From: Lingula anatina
Taxonomy: Eukaryota > Animalia > Brachiopoda
Assembly (NCBI GenBank): GCA_051362555.1
Contig: CM120642.1
Span: 30,814,001 to 30,878,000 of the forward strand
Direction of reading: 5' to 3'
Length of the DNA stretch: 64,000 bases
The notes under the pieces are model-generated. The model did not search any database. It saw only the letters and a list, made by a program, of their open reading frames with translations, and was not told the origin of the DNA. Below are positions 24,115-43,823 of the stretch, in pieces; positions within the stretch are counted from its first letter, which is position 1, and each line of letters opens with the position of its first letter. Position numbers and translations under genes: made by a program.

Positions 24115-27100
24115 CATTGTACATGGGAGGAAAATGGTCTCAATCTGTCATAAAGGCCTCTTACCAATCCTCGACTTAAGTCATCATCACATTATTAAAA
24201 TTTTCACTAGTTTCTCAAGTTGTTGGTGGGTTATGAGAAGTTTTCTGTCAGTTTTTAACTATCGTCATGTGACGGAGCAATCACGTTGTAGATAAAGTGT
24301 ACTAAACTATGGCTGTGCTATTTCGAATAGTTTCATATTTCAGGTAGTTGGTATTGGAGAGATAGAGGTGGAGATTGGCAGGTGTGTTTTACTACAGGTG
24401 TGGGATGGGACTAAGATGTCCAGGTAAGTCTTCACACCTTAAAATATATATTGGGAATTTATCATGTCACATCACCTGAAGCTTTTGGGGACTAACTTTT
24501 GCCCTTCTTGCCAGGATGTTGTGCTGTGAGATGGGGGGGGGGGGGAGTTGCTGTCTTGTGACTGTTCACATCACACTTTTTTTGGTGATATATGACTTTG
24601 ATAAAAAATTCTCCTAACCTTAATAATTTTCTGTTCATATCTATTTTAAATTGTAAGTTTACTATCAGTTAAAGGGAGCACATACAAAATGAACAGAATT
24701 CTAAGTTTAACATAATGCCTGCAGAGGTTCATTTTAAATTCATACCTGCAAAATGATCAGAGAATTTGGCATAGTTGTGTTGTCAGCTCTACTAGAACAT
24801 GTATGTGTTTTTACTGCACACCTCATAATGACAGTTTACTTTGTTCTCACATATTTTTTATAACTATTGAACTGTTAAGCAATGTACATGTTTTAGAGTT
24901 ATGTCTTACTGACCCAAGATTTTTTTCTTTTTTTTTTTCTTTTTTAGGAAGACTGACTTTTGTGTGACAGTGCCTTCTTGTTCTTCAACAACTTGCAATT
25001 AGTTCTTCGATTCCACATCACTTTCAGATAATATACTGATCTCAGGACCATTTTGTCTTTTTTTTCTTTGTATTTACAGCCCCTATCATAAGTGTGATAT
25101 TGCAAAGGAAGACATTCACATAGATGAGCAACTTACAGAAAGAGTCCTGGACTTCATTGTTGATGTCTATGTATTTGATGACCATGTGCCTGTTGCTCAA
25201 AAGTTAAAGGTGAGAAAAAGATGGTCTAAACAGTAGATGTCTCAGTTCTCTCAGAATACTGCAAATGAGTCTCAAGAGACCAAAACTGTCGGCATGTAGT
25301 GTGTGAAAAAATTGGTGGGTATTTACAAATTATATACAGTAGTATTGGGGTTTCTGTCTTATTGGAACCAGTTGTCAGATTTGTCAGCTTTACCGATTCT
25401 CTTCTACTGTTTTTTTTTCTTTTTTTTTTTTACATTAGCTCTGTGGGCAGCCTCTCATTTTATTGATATGAACAGACATATTTTCAAGTAATTTTCCATT
25501 TTTGTCAGCCAAATTAAATTATCTGTAGCATTTGAGTTAGTTACAGGAGTATATATGTTAGCATTGGCTCAGGTTCGCATTAATAGAAACTGTAATCATT
25601 ATTACACTAATGTTTTTCTGTATTCTTAGCCTGGTCAGTTTATCATGCTGAAGAATCTCCATGCTGCTATGTATAAGGATGAAGACACCCGTCCCGAGTT
25701 GAGTGCTGTCCCCACCATAGAACTCTGTCTGCACAAGGGGACATCATATGGCCGAGGAATAATGGTCATGGCTGAAGGCAGCGGGGAAGTGACCTGTTTA
25801 AAAGACATTATGAATGGGGTATGACCTTTCTAGGACTTGTGCCTTTTTTTCCAACAGATCTACTGAAAGTGTCATTTATGAACAGGTCAACATTTGGTGA
25901 CATTTTTATTTCTTCGCTTACTAAGAGTGCTCTCAGGCAGACTGACTAATACCAGAAATAGACATATTTACACAGTAGAACAACAGGTACCAAAGACCCC
26001 CAACATGGACGAGGCATTGAAAGCAAACAACCTTGTTCTGTTAACTTTTCTAGGACCTGTCTTAGTCTAATTGTAGGCATGTCTTTATGGTGGAGATTTA
26101 CTATTGATGAGCTGTTGTTAACTGATTTTTTATTTGTACACTAGGTTTTTGGAGCAATATGTTGTAATATGATTTGTGCAATGGTATTGATTCAAAGCAG
26201 GCATGAAGAAAGTGATATGGACATTTGAGTCTATTTTCAGGTTTGTCCTCAGCTGCAAGATGAGGGGGCACCTGGTAGTCCCAATAATCCTCAGCCAAGT
26301 ACTTCTACGGGTAAGTCCACAAGCCCTGGAAAGATGGGGGAGACAGCAAACAAAAACTCTAACAGTATGTTCAGCAGAAATGTGATATTACCTAGTTTTC
26401 CCCAACCCAGTACATCCAAAGGAGTTTCAAAAAGCCCAAGAAAAAGTAGAGACACAGCAGACCAGAGGTCAAGCAGGGCAGAACATAGTATTGGACATTC
26501 TACGGAACCAAGAGTAGAAAATGTAGTCATAATTGATGAGAGCGAGTCTCTTGATTTGAACAGCAGTCCTAGTGGCAAAGACACAGTGGGAGGTGTCCAG
26601 GCTGGTGGTACCCCCTATAGTCCAAGAAAAACACCAAACCAGGCTAGGAAAGTGGACAGATGCCTTTTGAAAACTGCATCAGGTATTAAAATTGGTCTCT
26701 GACGTATATTTTAATTTTTTTTAATATATGTATTACGTTTGTTTAATACATTTAGCAAAGCTTTGTCTGCCCATCTGAAAATTCTGAAATAAAATACATT
26801 TTCCTACATTTTACCTTTAAAGCATAATGTAAAAGTACATGGCACTTTGATAAATTGAATAATTTCCAAATAAACTTAAAAAGGGGCACCACATAGACAT
26901 CTTTTGTCATCTTTAATTTTGAAATAGTCATTGAATGGCAAATAAATGTCTATTTGACGTTTCAGTTATCAACGGGCACCATCACTTAGAAATCTCCACA
27001 ATACAAGAAGTCTTACATCACAGCGTTCCCCACACGTTCCGAGTTCTTGCCCAGGTCCTGGACTACCAACCCAAGCAGCCTCCATACATACGACTGACGT

Positions 27101-28266
27101 GCCCTATGTGCCATTACTTGTAAGTATGTGGAGTCTGGAAAAACTGGGTCATCTCTCTCTATCTCTCTCTCTCCTACACACACACACTAAAAAAATAAAA
27201 AAGATTTATGAAATTGGTTTTATTTGAGCACAGATAGATCGGCAACACCAGTAGTCCAATGAAATGTAATATTGTGCCTGTTTTTGTTTTCAAAGTTAGG
27301 ACCCACTTTCTGTCTAAAGTTTTCTTGTGAAGCACACCTCTTGACCCGTGTCATTTTTAATAGAAATGTAGTCAGTTTCAAGCTGTATAAAAATACCATT
27401 CATTAGTGAATTTGAAGCTGTATATAAAGATGCCAGTGTAAAGGAGCACTTCTGGGCACTGTCAAGTGGTTTCTACTTTCACTTTCACTTTTTCTGTGTA
27501 AACTACTTGCACTTATTTCCACCAGGGCAGTTCCAGACTCCAAATGGCTTACGGAGCACGTTCCCAGCAGAGTACAGGATAAAGTTCCTTACTATTCCTG
27601 TCCTCAGTGTGACCAAAGGTCAATCTCAGCAGCAACCAGTTCCGAGTGGTCAGTAACCAGGGTGACCAGTGCCGGGACTGAAGTGACCAGCACAGATGGT
27701 CAGGTAGTGGTCAATGGGCAGGAGCTTGAATATGTGTACATGATGGAGTTTTTACTGGAGGATGGGACTGGCTGGCTGGTGGCCAGAATCTGGAAGCAGC
27801 ATGCAGTAAGGGTTCATTGAGTGAAAAATGTGTTATATGACCATTGGTGATATATGCTTTATTTGGTTTAAAGAGCATTTATTTTTTTTGGGAGGGGAGG
27901 GGGGGGGGTTGAAATGCAATTACTTTTTTTCCTGGTATGTATGTCAAATGAAACAAATAAATATTTAAGCAATATATCTGTTCAGCCATTTTATAGTACA
28001 TAATTCTATCAATGAAATGGATAAAAAGTATTCTATTTCCTGTTATTCGTTAGGTCACTTTCCTGAATGACATTTCTCCTGAAACACTCATCTGGCAGGA
28101 GGATGGAGTGAGGTTTGTGGAAGGACAGTTAAAGGAATTGTCCCCAAGGCCAGGAAGAAGTGAGCAAAAACCATGGCTGGAATGTTGTCTGCTGTCATAC
28201 AATGGTCTAAACGGAGAACGGCTTTATCACATATTTGATACTACTTTGGCATTGGACTGTTTGTAA
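21678..28266 (+). CDS. POT1: Protection of telomeres protein 1 (OB1-OB2-linker-OB3); native 5' end not in window
   Basis: Exons 21678-21805 (5'-truncated), 22276-22396, 22854-22993, 23426-23566, 23951-24064, 24344-24423, 25080-25209, 25630-25818, 26241-26682, 26966-27119, 27526-27805, 28054-28266 (TAA), all in frame. Motifs [58 protein letters not shown]. Confidence 0.95.
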
Positions 28267-28740
28267 TTTTTTAGCATTATTTGTGTAGCCTGAGATGGAA
28301 GACGGGACTCTGACTGGCGCATTGTCAGCTATGAGCTGTTCAGAATCACCTTGGGTTTTTATATCTTCAGTATCATTTACTGTTTGTTGAACATATATCT
28401 AGTTTTATTACAGTAATCCCCTCTCTGTGCAGCTTATATAAACGAATGTGTTTGATGTTTAGAATACAGCAGATTAACTCCAACATGCAGGTTTATGAGC
28501 TGATCAGAATGTTATTAATATAAGTTGTTTATAAAAGACTGAAGACAGCATCACATTTTATATTCACATGTAACAAAATGCATGCCAAAGTTACGAGAAG
28601 TTTACAGATAGAAAGACCACATTTATACAACAATAGGCAAAAAGTATTGTTTATTTTTATGAGTTAACCCATGTGTTAAGTTATAAATAAAAATGAACCG
28701 TAAATAAAAAAGATTTTTACATTTTTTGGTACATAACCCA

Positions 28741-30024
28741 TCATGTTGCCTCACTTTTTTTCTTAAATCTATCAAGAACACTTTTTGGTCCAAAGTAACG
28801 TTTATCATTTTTAAGTTTTTCTCTCTTATCTTCTTGCCGAAGCTGTACAATTTCTCTGATTGTCTCTTTCTTCTCCTGTTCCATGACACCCTTCTTCCTC
28901 TGTATGTGCTTCTTTCCTTTACTTTTGCCTTTCATTTTGTATTTTGGTTCAAAGTCTATTTTCTGGGGCTTCAGGAACTATTGGAAATATAACAAATATT
29001 ATAGTAAGCTTTACAACTGCATTGGGAACAACAATGATGAAATGAAATTTTTCAAACATCACTTTTTTTACAAAAAATGTTCGGCATAAAAAAGCGCAAT
29101 ATAAAATGTACATAATTTCACTGTAAGAAATAACTGGTGGTAAAGTACAAAAAGTTTAATTCTTTAACCATCCACAGACACTTTACTCATCCTGCATGTT
29201 GCCTTGATGGTTAGACCTTAAAGACACGTCAACACTTACAAGAAGTTTGTTCCTCTCTTCAATTTTTTCCTGGAGAGTTTTAGTGTCAATTTTCCCCAGA
29301 GCACCTGTATCCAAACTGATCATATCTGGTTGTATCTGAAATGAAAACCCAACTTGTTTGTAGCCTAGCAAAAATAAATAATGTTACTAAATCAGTACAA
29401 TAAATGTTGATAATCTGAATGAGTATGTCATAAAAGCAATTCACTACACACATTCTCTTGTGGCATATTTTTCCAGAGCACTGTCTTGAACAAATCCCTG
29501 GCTAAATCTCAGAGCAAGGATGTGAAAAAAATTGATAACTCAAGAGCTCTCAACAATTAATTTTTGGAGCAGGGAAAAACTCAGGGTTTATGAAAACTCC
29601 ATCCCACCCAGCACTGATAACAACACCACTAACCCTGCAACTATTTCTATACACTATACAGAAGTTCCCACAAACACAGAAAAATAAATAATAAAATTGG
29701 AAAGCTTAGAAGGGTAAACACGAAAACCAGCACAAAAATAATGACAAAAAATCAAACAAAAAGCTCTCTGTCCCTATCATACCTTTTCCAGCAACATTTT
29801 AACTTCTGCCTGCCTTCTTTGTTGTTTTGTTTGGTATGGGTTGGTCTCCAGAGCATCATAATTGGCCTCTCCAGCACCTGGGGGTAAGATATAATAACAA
29901 ACATTTGGTTCATCAACTCTTCTTGACAGATGTTTGGTAACCCCTGCTTTGTTGAGAATCCCTTTATACAGCAACAGTCGATTAATTGAATCACTTTTAA
30001 TTAGAAAAACTTCCCTCCCTCCCT

Positions 30025-30074
<50 letters not shown>

Positions 30075-33000
30075 ACACACACACACGCACACAAGCTTAT
30101 TAAGTCTAGTATTACCACTAATTCCTATTAATCCACCACTTTACCTGGCACAAGTAAACTAGAGAAGCCGTTCCCATGTCCCACTCCAAGGACATCTTCA
30201 TATGGACAGAATTGCAGGTTGGCCACAGGACTCCTCAGTCTGTGAGACAGGTATGGCTTTGTCATGGTGTGTCTACAACAGTCCTGGTACACCTGTGAAA
30301 AAAATAACATGACATGTATTAGTAAGACCACGGCCAGATGTTAAAATGTAACTAGGCAAACCATCAATTACAAGGGCAAATGGGGAGGGGGTGGGATATT
30401 CTAACAGGCTGGCAGAAACATCAATGCTATACCTGAACATTTGCCATTAATCTAAAATATTCATCAGAGTTAATGTGTCAATGTTAGTTTCAAATTACAA
30501 CCTTAAGGTATGGACCTGACAGACCCCGCTATAGAAATGGCCTAGATTTGCAAAACTGCAGAAGAAGTGTGCTGGAGTCAATAAGTAAGAAAAACTTGAT
30601 ACCTCCACAACATTCCCTATGCCAGCTGCGAGGACATCTTTCTGACTGAAGGCAAGATGGCCGGCCCCAGCAGATATCCTGTAGTTTTGGAGAGGTTTGA
30701 ACATCCTCATGTCCCAGATCTTCAGATATCTGTCCACGCCAGATGTGGCCATGTACCTACAGCATTACACATTAATAATTAATAATAATTAATAATTAAT
30801 TAATTAATAATAATTAATAATTTTTCATATATTCCAAAATTTACAGGCTTAGTAAGACTATCTGATATTTAGTTGGAGTAATTTTCATATTTACACTGTT
30901 TTGTCTATCACTGAATTTATTTTGTCTACCAAGATGCCACTCTGGCCTTATAAGAATTATCAACAAGGCAAGTCCATCACTAGTTGAGACAAGGTAATTT
31001 TTTTTCATTAAAAACAGCAAATTAAAGTTTGCTATTTTTTCTGTTTCTAAATATAACTTGGAAAATACCTTATATTTTCCCTTCAAGCTATCAACAGGAC
31101 TAGTTGGTCTACTTTACAAGCATGTATTCATATCCATAAAAGGAAAAATAGGGTGGTTGTGTAGAAAAAGGTGCAAAATTACAAAGAAAATACTTACATT
31201 CCTTTGTTATTGACAGCCACAGATCTCACTCCCCCACCATGACATAACATCTTCACCAGAGGTTCCTTCACATTGGGGGACCACAGCGAAACTGTGCCTG
31301 AAATTATTTCTGATTTTCAAAGCCAAACCTCTTTTCCGGGTTTAAACACTCCATGGTACGGTGTTTCAAATGCTGCATTTTAATCTTTCCAAAATCTTTC
31401 TGTGTTTTAATTCTTTCCAAAATAATCAATGCACTTGAAATGGAGATTCGAAATCTGGAATAAATGCTTACAAACCAACTTGAAATTTTGTGAAAACAAC
31501 CTTTGCTTACTTAACGATGCACAAAGATCTAAGATTGCATACAGGTATTATTTAAACATTCACATAAAAAACAATGACAAATGCTAATGGGTTAAGAATC
31601 CCAAAGTTGACTGCATTACCTCCAGCATGGCCCAGATGTATGATTGCATTGTGGGGATTCTGGCACATGACGTCAAGGCGCCCGAGGTGGGTTTGGAATC
31701 CAGCAACTTTCTGGCCAATAGACACATCCAGGTAGGAAAGGTAGCCCTTGGCATTCTAGACCAAACAAAAAACTTGAATTAGAATAGAGATCTATTATAA
31801 CAATGCTTTCTCAGTGCCGTGTTTAAATATTCCTAAAACTTTATCTCAGCACTAATGTTCTTAAAATATCTGATACTTTCCCCAAAGACTATATATAAAC
31901 TCAAATATATTTATCAATTTGTTTAGAATAGGGCTTTAAAATCAACAGGATTGTTGATCATTACCCTGCTACTGCCTGGCAGTAATAATCTGCTCCTGCT
32001 ATTTCAAGAGACCACACTCCTAAAAGGAAGGATAGGGCACATCATAAATCTTTATGCAACAGCCATACTCTCAATTTACTGCTGCTATCAAGCATTAACT
32101 CAAAACACATCAAATATAACCATAAAATGCATGGAAAATTCTCCAAGCTTTATCAAGATATCCTTGAAAGTCCCACTACTTACAGCTGACGCCAGAAGGA
32201 AATGGTAAGGAAGAAACTCCATCCTAAGTACACAGTCCAGAGCCTTCAGACAGTGCAGCTCTATCCCCTGGTTATCATAGATATACGTCCACTGTTTCTG
32301 AGCTACTGCAAACATGGTCTCAATGTGCAACCACCTGGAATGAGAACATATTAAACTCTCTGTGCTGTTTATAATACCATGACACAATTCTAAGTTGGAA
32401 ATGCTTTCCAAATCACCCATCAATGAAATGAAAACATAAAAATATACTTTTCTTCTTTCTGAATCACTGAACACAGCTTTGAAGATATTTCCTAACAGAG
32501 AGTATTTAATAATTTTATTGAACACTTTTTTATTCAAATGATTTTTATAAATAGGGCACCTGTTATGTTTACATATGACAAACTCTTATTGAATCATTTC
32601 AATAGACTGTAGAACTAATGACTATTGGTCAACGTCAAAAAATGTAAAATGTTCCAAAACAACATATAACAGTATGTACCATGAGAATAAAAGAGAACAT
32701 TTAAAACTGGCTCTAAAAGATTGGAAAAAATTATCACTTGAATATAGAAATAAAGTCAACCAAATCTCATGATAATTATGATGCAAAAAAAACTCATACT
32801 TGACATCTTGGGCTGTCTCCATGACATTCATCTCACACATCAACTTCTTGGTCTGCCAGTCCATGGCAGCTACATGACCCTTCCTGCCAGCTATCAGCAG
32901 AAACCTGCCGTTCCTGGTGTAGTTCATTCTGTACGGACCAAACTGGTTCAACTCCAACTCAAAATACTGCAAAGAAAAACATCTGAAATAATATCTTATT

Positions 33001-36000
33001 ATAACCAAACTGTAAAAGCAGACCAAACTGGTTCACCTCCAACTCAAAATGCTGTAAAGAAAAAAGTCTTCAATAATACCTTATCATGACCAAACTATTA
33101 CACATAAGGGAGACTGGGGTGGGAATTATCTTGATGATCTTCATATATCATATGTATGACATAAAATGCACTGCTAACCTACTGCTCAATATACACGTCA
33201 TTATGCCTCATAATTCTATTGTGCACTATATTAAGCTGTTAAGTAGTCCATTATTTAGTCCTTACCTTCTGAGCACTGGTGATATCCACGGCACTGCTGA
33301 TGTCATGCTGTGTGATCTGGGAGGTCTCCTCGCCTTCATCAGCTTCTAGATACCTGAATAACACAGAATGATTAGCTCAATATTATATCGTTTTGTTCTC
33401 AAAAATAAAGCCTAATACAAGTTTAATAAAATCTATAATAAACTTTCCATAATCTTGACAAGCCAGTAACTTCAGTCTATTACCCCAAGATGTTAATATA
33501 GAAATAACTGGCAAGTCCCAGAAAATTAGTCTTGTTCCAAAATCAAAAGTATGCCATGCCTTAAGCCAGTTAAACACTTCCATGCATTTCTTGCATATTT
33601 ACTCAATTTAAAAAAAGCAATTGTGGCAATTTCATCACTTAAAAAGGCTGCAACACGTTTTTGGGCTTAGGTGATTTTGGAAGAAAACAGAGGTACTGGA
33701 GACAATTATACATAAAAATTTTATATATTACTGTCCAATAAAACAGTCTCTTTCAACAATAAAAACTGTAACATTTAAAATATAACCCTTGTAAACTGAC
33801 CCTTGTTCGTCACTAAGAAGGAACTCGGAGCGTGCTGCTTGTCTTACAGCCTCCTTCACACGTTCTTCTTTTCTGGAAAAAGTATCCTGATGATATTTTG
33901 TCTTCATGCCCCTCTGCAACCAAAACATGAACATGGGACAAAATTATGAAAGAAAAATATTAAAAATAAACTGGTTATAATTTCACAACATATCATACAC
34001 TGGAAAAATTATAAAAGATAAGTATTCAAAACAAACTGGTTTTTATCCCACAAAACCATACACTCTACATTTTAAAGTCGATACAAAACAGAGTGGTTAC
34101 TTGTTTAGTGTCTTAACCTCACCTCTCCCCACCAGACACACAAATGTAAATAAAATTACTAATCAACAGCCATAATGTACATGCTATTATGAATCAATCC
34201 TGTTACTTACAGTGTCTAGCTTTTCTCCTCTTCTATATTTCTGTAGTTTCTTTTTAGATATTGGAGCATCACCTGGGTATGGGTCCACCTAATGTTAATA
34301 TAGTATATATAAAAAACAATATATATCAAACACTTTAGACAAATCCTAAAATGTACATTGCAATTACTATTTAAAAAAAGAAATCAAAATTTACCAATGT
34401 TATATAATAAATAATCTATGCAGGTTATTTATCTCCCACTGAAAGCTTTGTTAAGAACTCTTAATAACAGAAGCTCATTAGTTTATATCATAATGTATTG
34501 ATAATAAAAAATATAGTTTACTAATTTAATAGGTTAACCCCATATTCATTATAGCAATTCAGAAAATTTCTTTTTTACCTTTTTTCTAACATCTGTTTCT
34601 TGTTTATTTTTCTTTTTTAATATATGTCTGTTTTTGCTAGATTTTGTTTCTTCTTGTCGAGCTGTCTTCATTTCCTTTATTTTCTTCTTTCTTTCTTTTC
34701 TCTGTTCCTTGAGAAAGGTGTCTACATCAACCGTGTATTCTTCAACTTTGCCTTCATGACCTGCTTCATCAAAGTACCTCTTGCTTTTCATTTTCTTCTG
34801 TAATTTATTAATTTCCAATAAATCAATCATATTCGAACAAGCTTCAATCCATATCTATACAATAACATACTCTGATATAAGACTGTAACTATCTTGATCA
34901 TTATAATTTTTAACGCTTCCCATTAGTTTAAAAAAATTATATTAATATACTAGTAGTACTGTATAATCTCTTTTCAATTTCCTAAAATTTTAAGAGTTAG
35001 GGGTCACTCATATTTTTGCCTTAAAAAGGTTACGTTTAATTCATCAATATGTATAGAATGCTATAGAAGCAATGCAGTTTAAGTATGGTTAAAAATTTTT
35101 AAACTGAATATAAATTTAATTGTTACTCTGTCACTGATGAGCATTACTAGGTAGATCACAATCCGCTAGGGGCGCTACAGTCGTAACTGTCCACGGGCAG
35201 TGAAGTGTTAAACTGAAGTCGGCCTGCTGACAGTTCGCCTATGGAACCCCTTTTATAAATCTCTCTTTTAGCGCTGCGTAAAAAAACTAATACAAGCCAT
35301 TAACTAAATAAGTTGTAAATCAAAGAGTAAAATCCGGTCACATGATTTTCCCATGTTGCAGTCTTTGACAAGTTTCGGTTCTGTTTGTTTTAAGTTTTGC
35401 CTCTACAAAATGCTAAAAAATTTCAGGTAAGTGCTGGTATCATCTTTTTGAAATTTATATCCAGCAAAGTTTATGAAATTTGCTATATTATGTAGAAAAA
35501 TCATGAAATTTGAAGGTTGCGAAGTATAGTTAATTTAATCCGCAATATTACATGATGTGAAAATTACCACAGGGAAATAGCTCTGCCCTGATTAGTCACA
35601 GGCTATGTGAGCCAGACAATAGGCTGAGCACACAAAGACACACAGGGTGCTCTGCTGCGCCTGAGTGATCACTGCTGGTCAGTGGGCACAGGTTTTGAGC
35701 TGAGAAGTGTGGACACTTTTGGTGGATTTTTGCAGTTAAAAAACTTCAATATCTTTGTTGCTTGTAGGAATATTTAAAAAATTCCAAATGATTTCATCCG
35801 GTTTTTGCATTACCTTTCAGATGATATAAGTATTTTAATTTTCTGATCAGTTTGAAAATTTTTCTGATATACCTAGCATTACTGTGTAACTTTCCATATC
35901 GCATGAAACAGTATAATTTTTCCCCATTTATGATCTTACAAGTCCCAACATTCTACATAGATTTCATGAATCTAAAACAGATATGTGTTTCCGAATATGG

Positions 36001-36083
36001 AGGTTAATCAAAATGAACAGATTGCATACCTTTGCAGTGAAATTAGTTAGTTCACGTGGACTTACCTGCTTCTCCCCCTCCAT
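28741..36083 (-). CDS. WDR46: WD repeat-containing protein 46 (Utp7/BING4 family, SSU processome)
   Basis: 14 in-frame GT-AG exons: 36083-36066, 34797-34579, 34288-34211, 33913-33801, 33353-33266, 32966-32800, 32334-32184, 31755-31620, 31297-31198, 30756-30603, 30292-30145, 29877-29783, 29335-29240, 28977-28741. Motifs [66 protein letters not shown]. The small first exon (MEGEKQ) is less certain. Confidence 0.95.
30034..30091. repeat. (CT)n/(CA)n microsatellite in WDR46 intron
   Basis: Visible dinucleotide runs. Confidence 0.9.
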
Positions 36084-36190
36084 GCTGTTTGTGCTTGTTA
36101 CACATGCGCAGAGTCCTATTTACCCACAATGCCTTGTGAAATTGGCGCGGCATTTATCGCGTAGAAACAACTGGGAAATATATAGAGGTA
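36050..36190. promoter_or_regulatory. Putative compact bidirectional promoter WDR46/CDC7
   Basis: The WDR46 ATG (36083, -) and a + strand donor GAG|GTAAC (36187/36188) are ~100 bp apart. Contains TTGGCGCG (E2F-like, 36142-36149), CATGCGCA (NRF1-like, 36103-36110) and CACGTG (36053-36058). Confidence 0.6.
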
Positions 36191-36599
36191 ACTTTTTTTC
36201 TCTGTTATTCATAGTTAGGCTATGTATTTTATCTCTTTTTAGCTTGAGAAAATTAGATTTTATTATGATGATCTAAATATATGGATTATTTGCTTCAGAG
36301 ATTGTTGGTAAATTGTTCTATGAATATTTATTTTTGTCAAATACACAGCTCATACATGTTGATTGAGGCGGGAGAGGATTCCATTGATTTAGCCGTAGCC
36401 TTGAATTTGGTTTAAAACTCATGTAGTAATCTATAATCTGATAGCAGGTTTGACGAATTTATACTTTTAAGATCACATCTTTGTATCGATTATGTATTCG
36501 ACTGTGTAAGTGGAACTAGAAATGTATCAATACTTTTGTTTTTGTTAGGATCAGTCCCCACCAGGTGGCATTGGGTCCTATTTTCTACCTCACGACAAA

Positions 36600-43823
<7,224 letters not shown>

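Larger units (their letters stand above)
1..24299. repeat. Tandem segmental duplication, ~6.02-kb unit, 4 full copies plus flanks (continues left of window)
   Basis: The anchor TCAGAAG(TG)n recurs at 1, 6015, 12032, 18048 and 24069 (periods 6014-6021), and the ORF track repeats. Homology stops at ...GATAAAGTG (24299), where unique POT1 intron begins. Confidence 0.98.

Noticed and set aside
1-28266. Telomeric (TTAGGG)n repeats or a telomerase-like template near POT1
   Set aside because: No TTAGGG/CCCTAA arrays were seen.
34990-35960. Possible transposon in WDR46 intron 1 (GC-richer core, repeated ATGAAATTTG)
   Set aside because: Could not identify paired TIRs or a TSD by eye.
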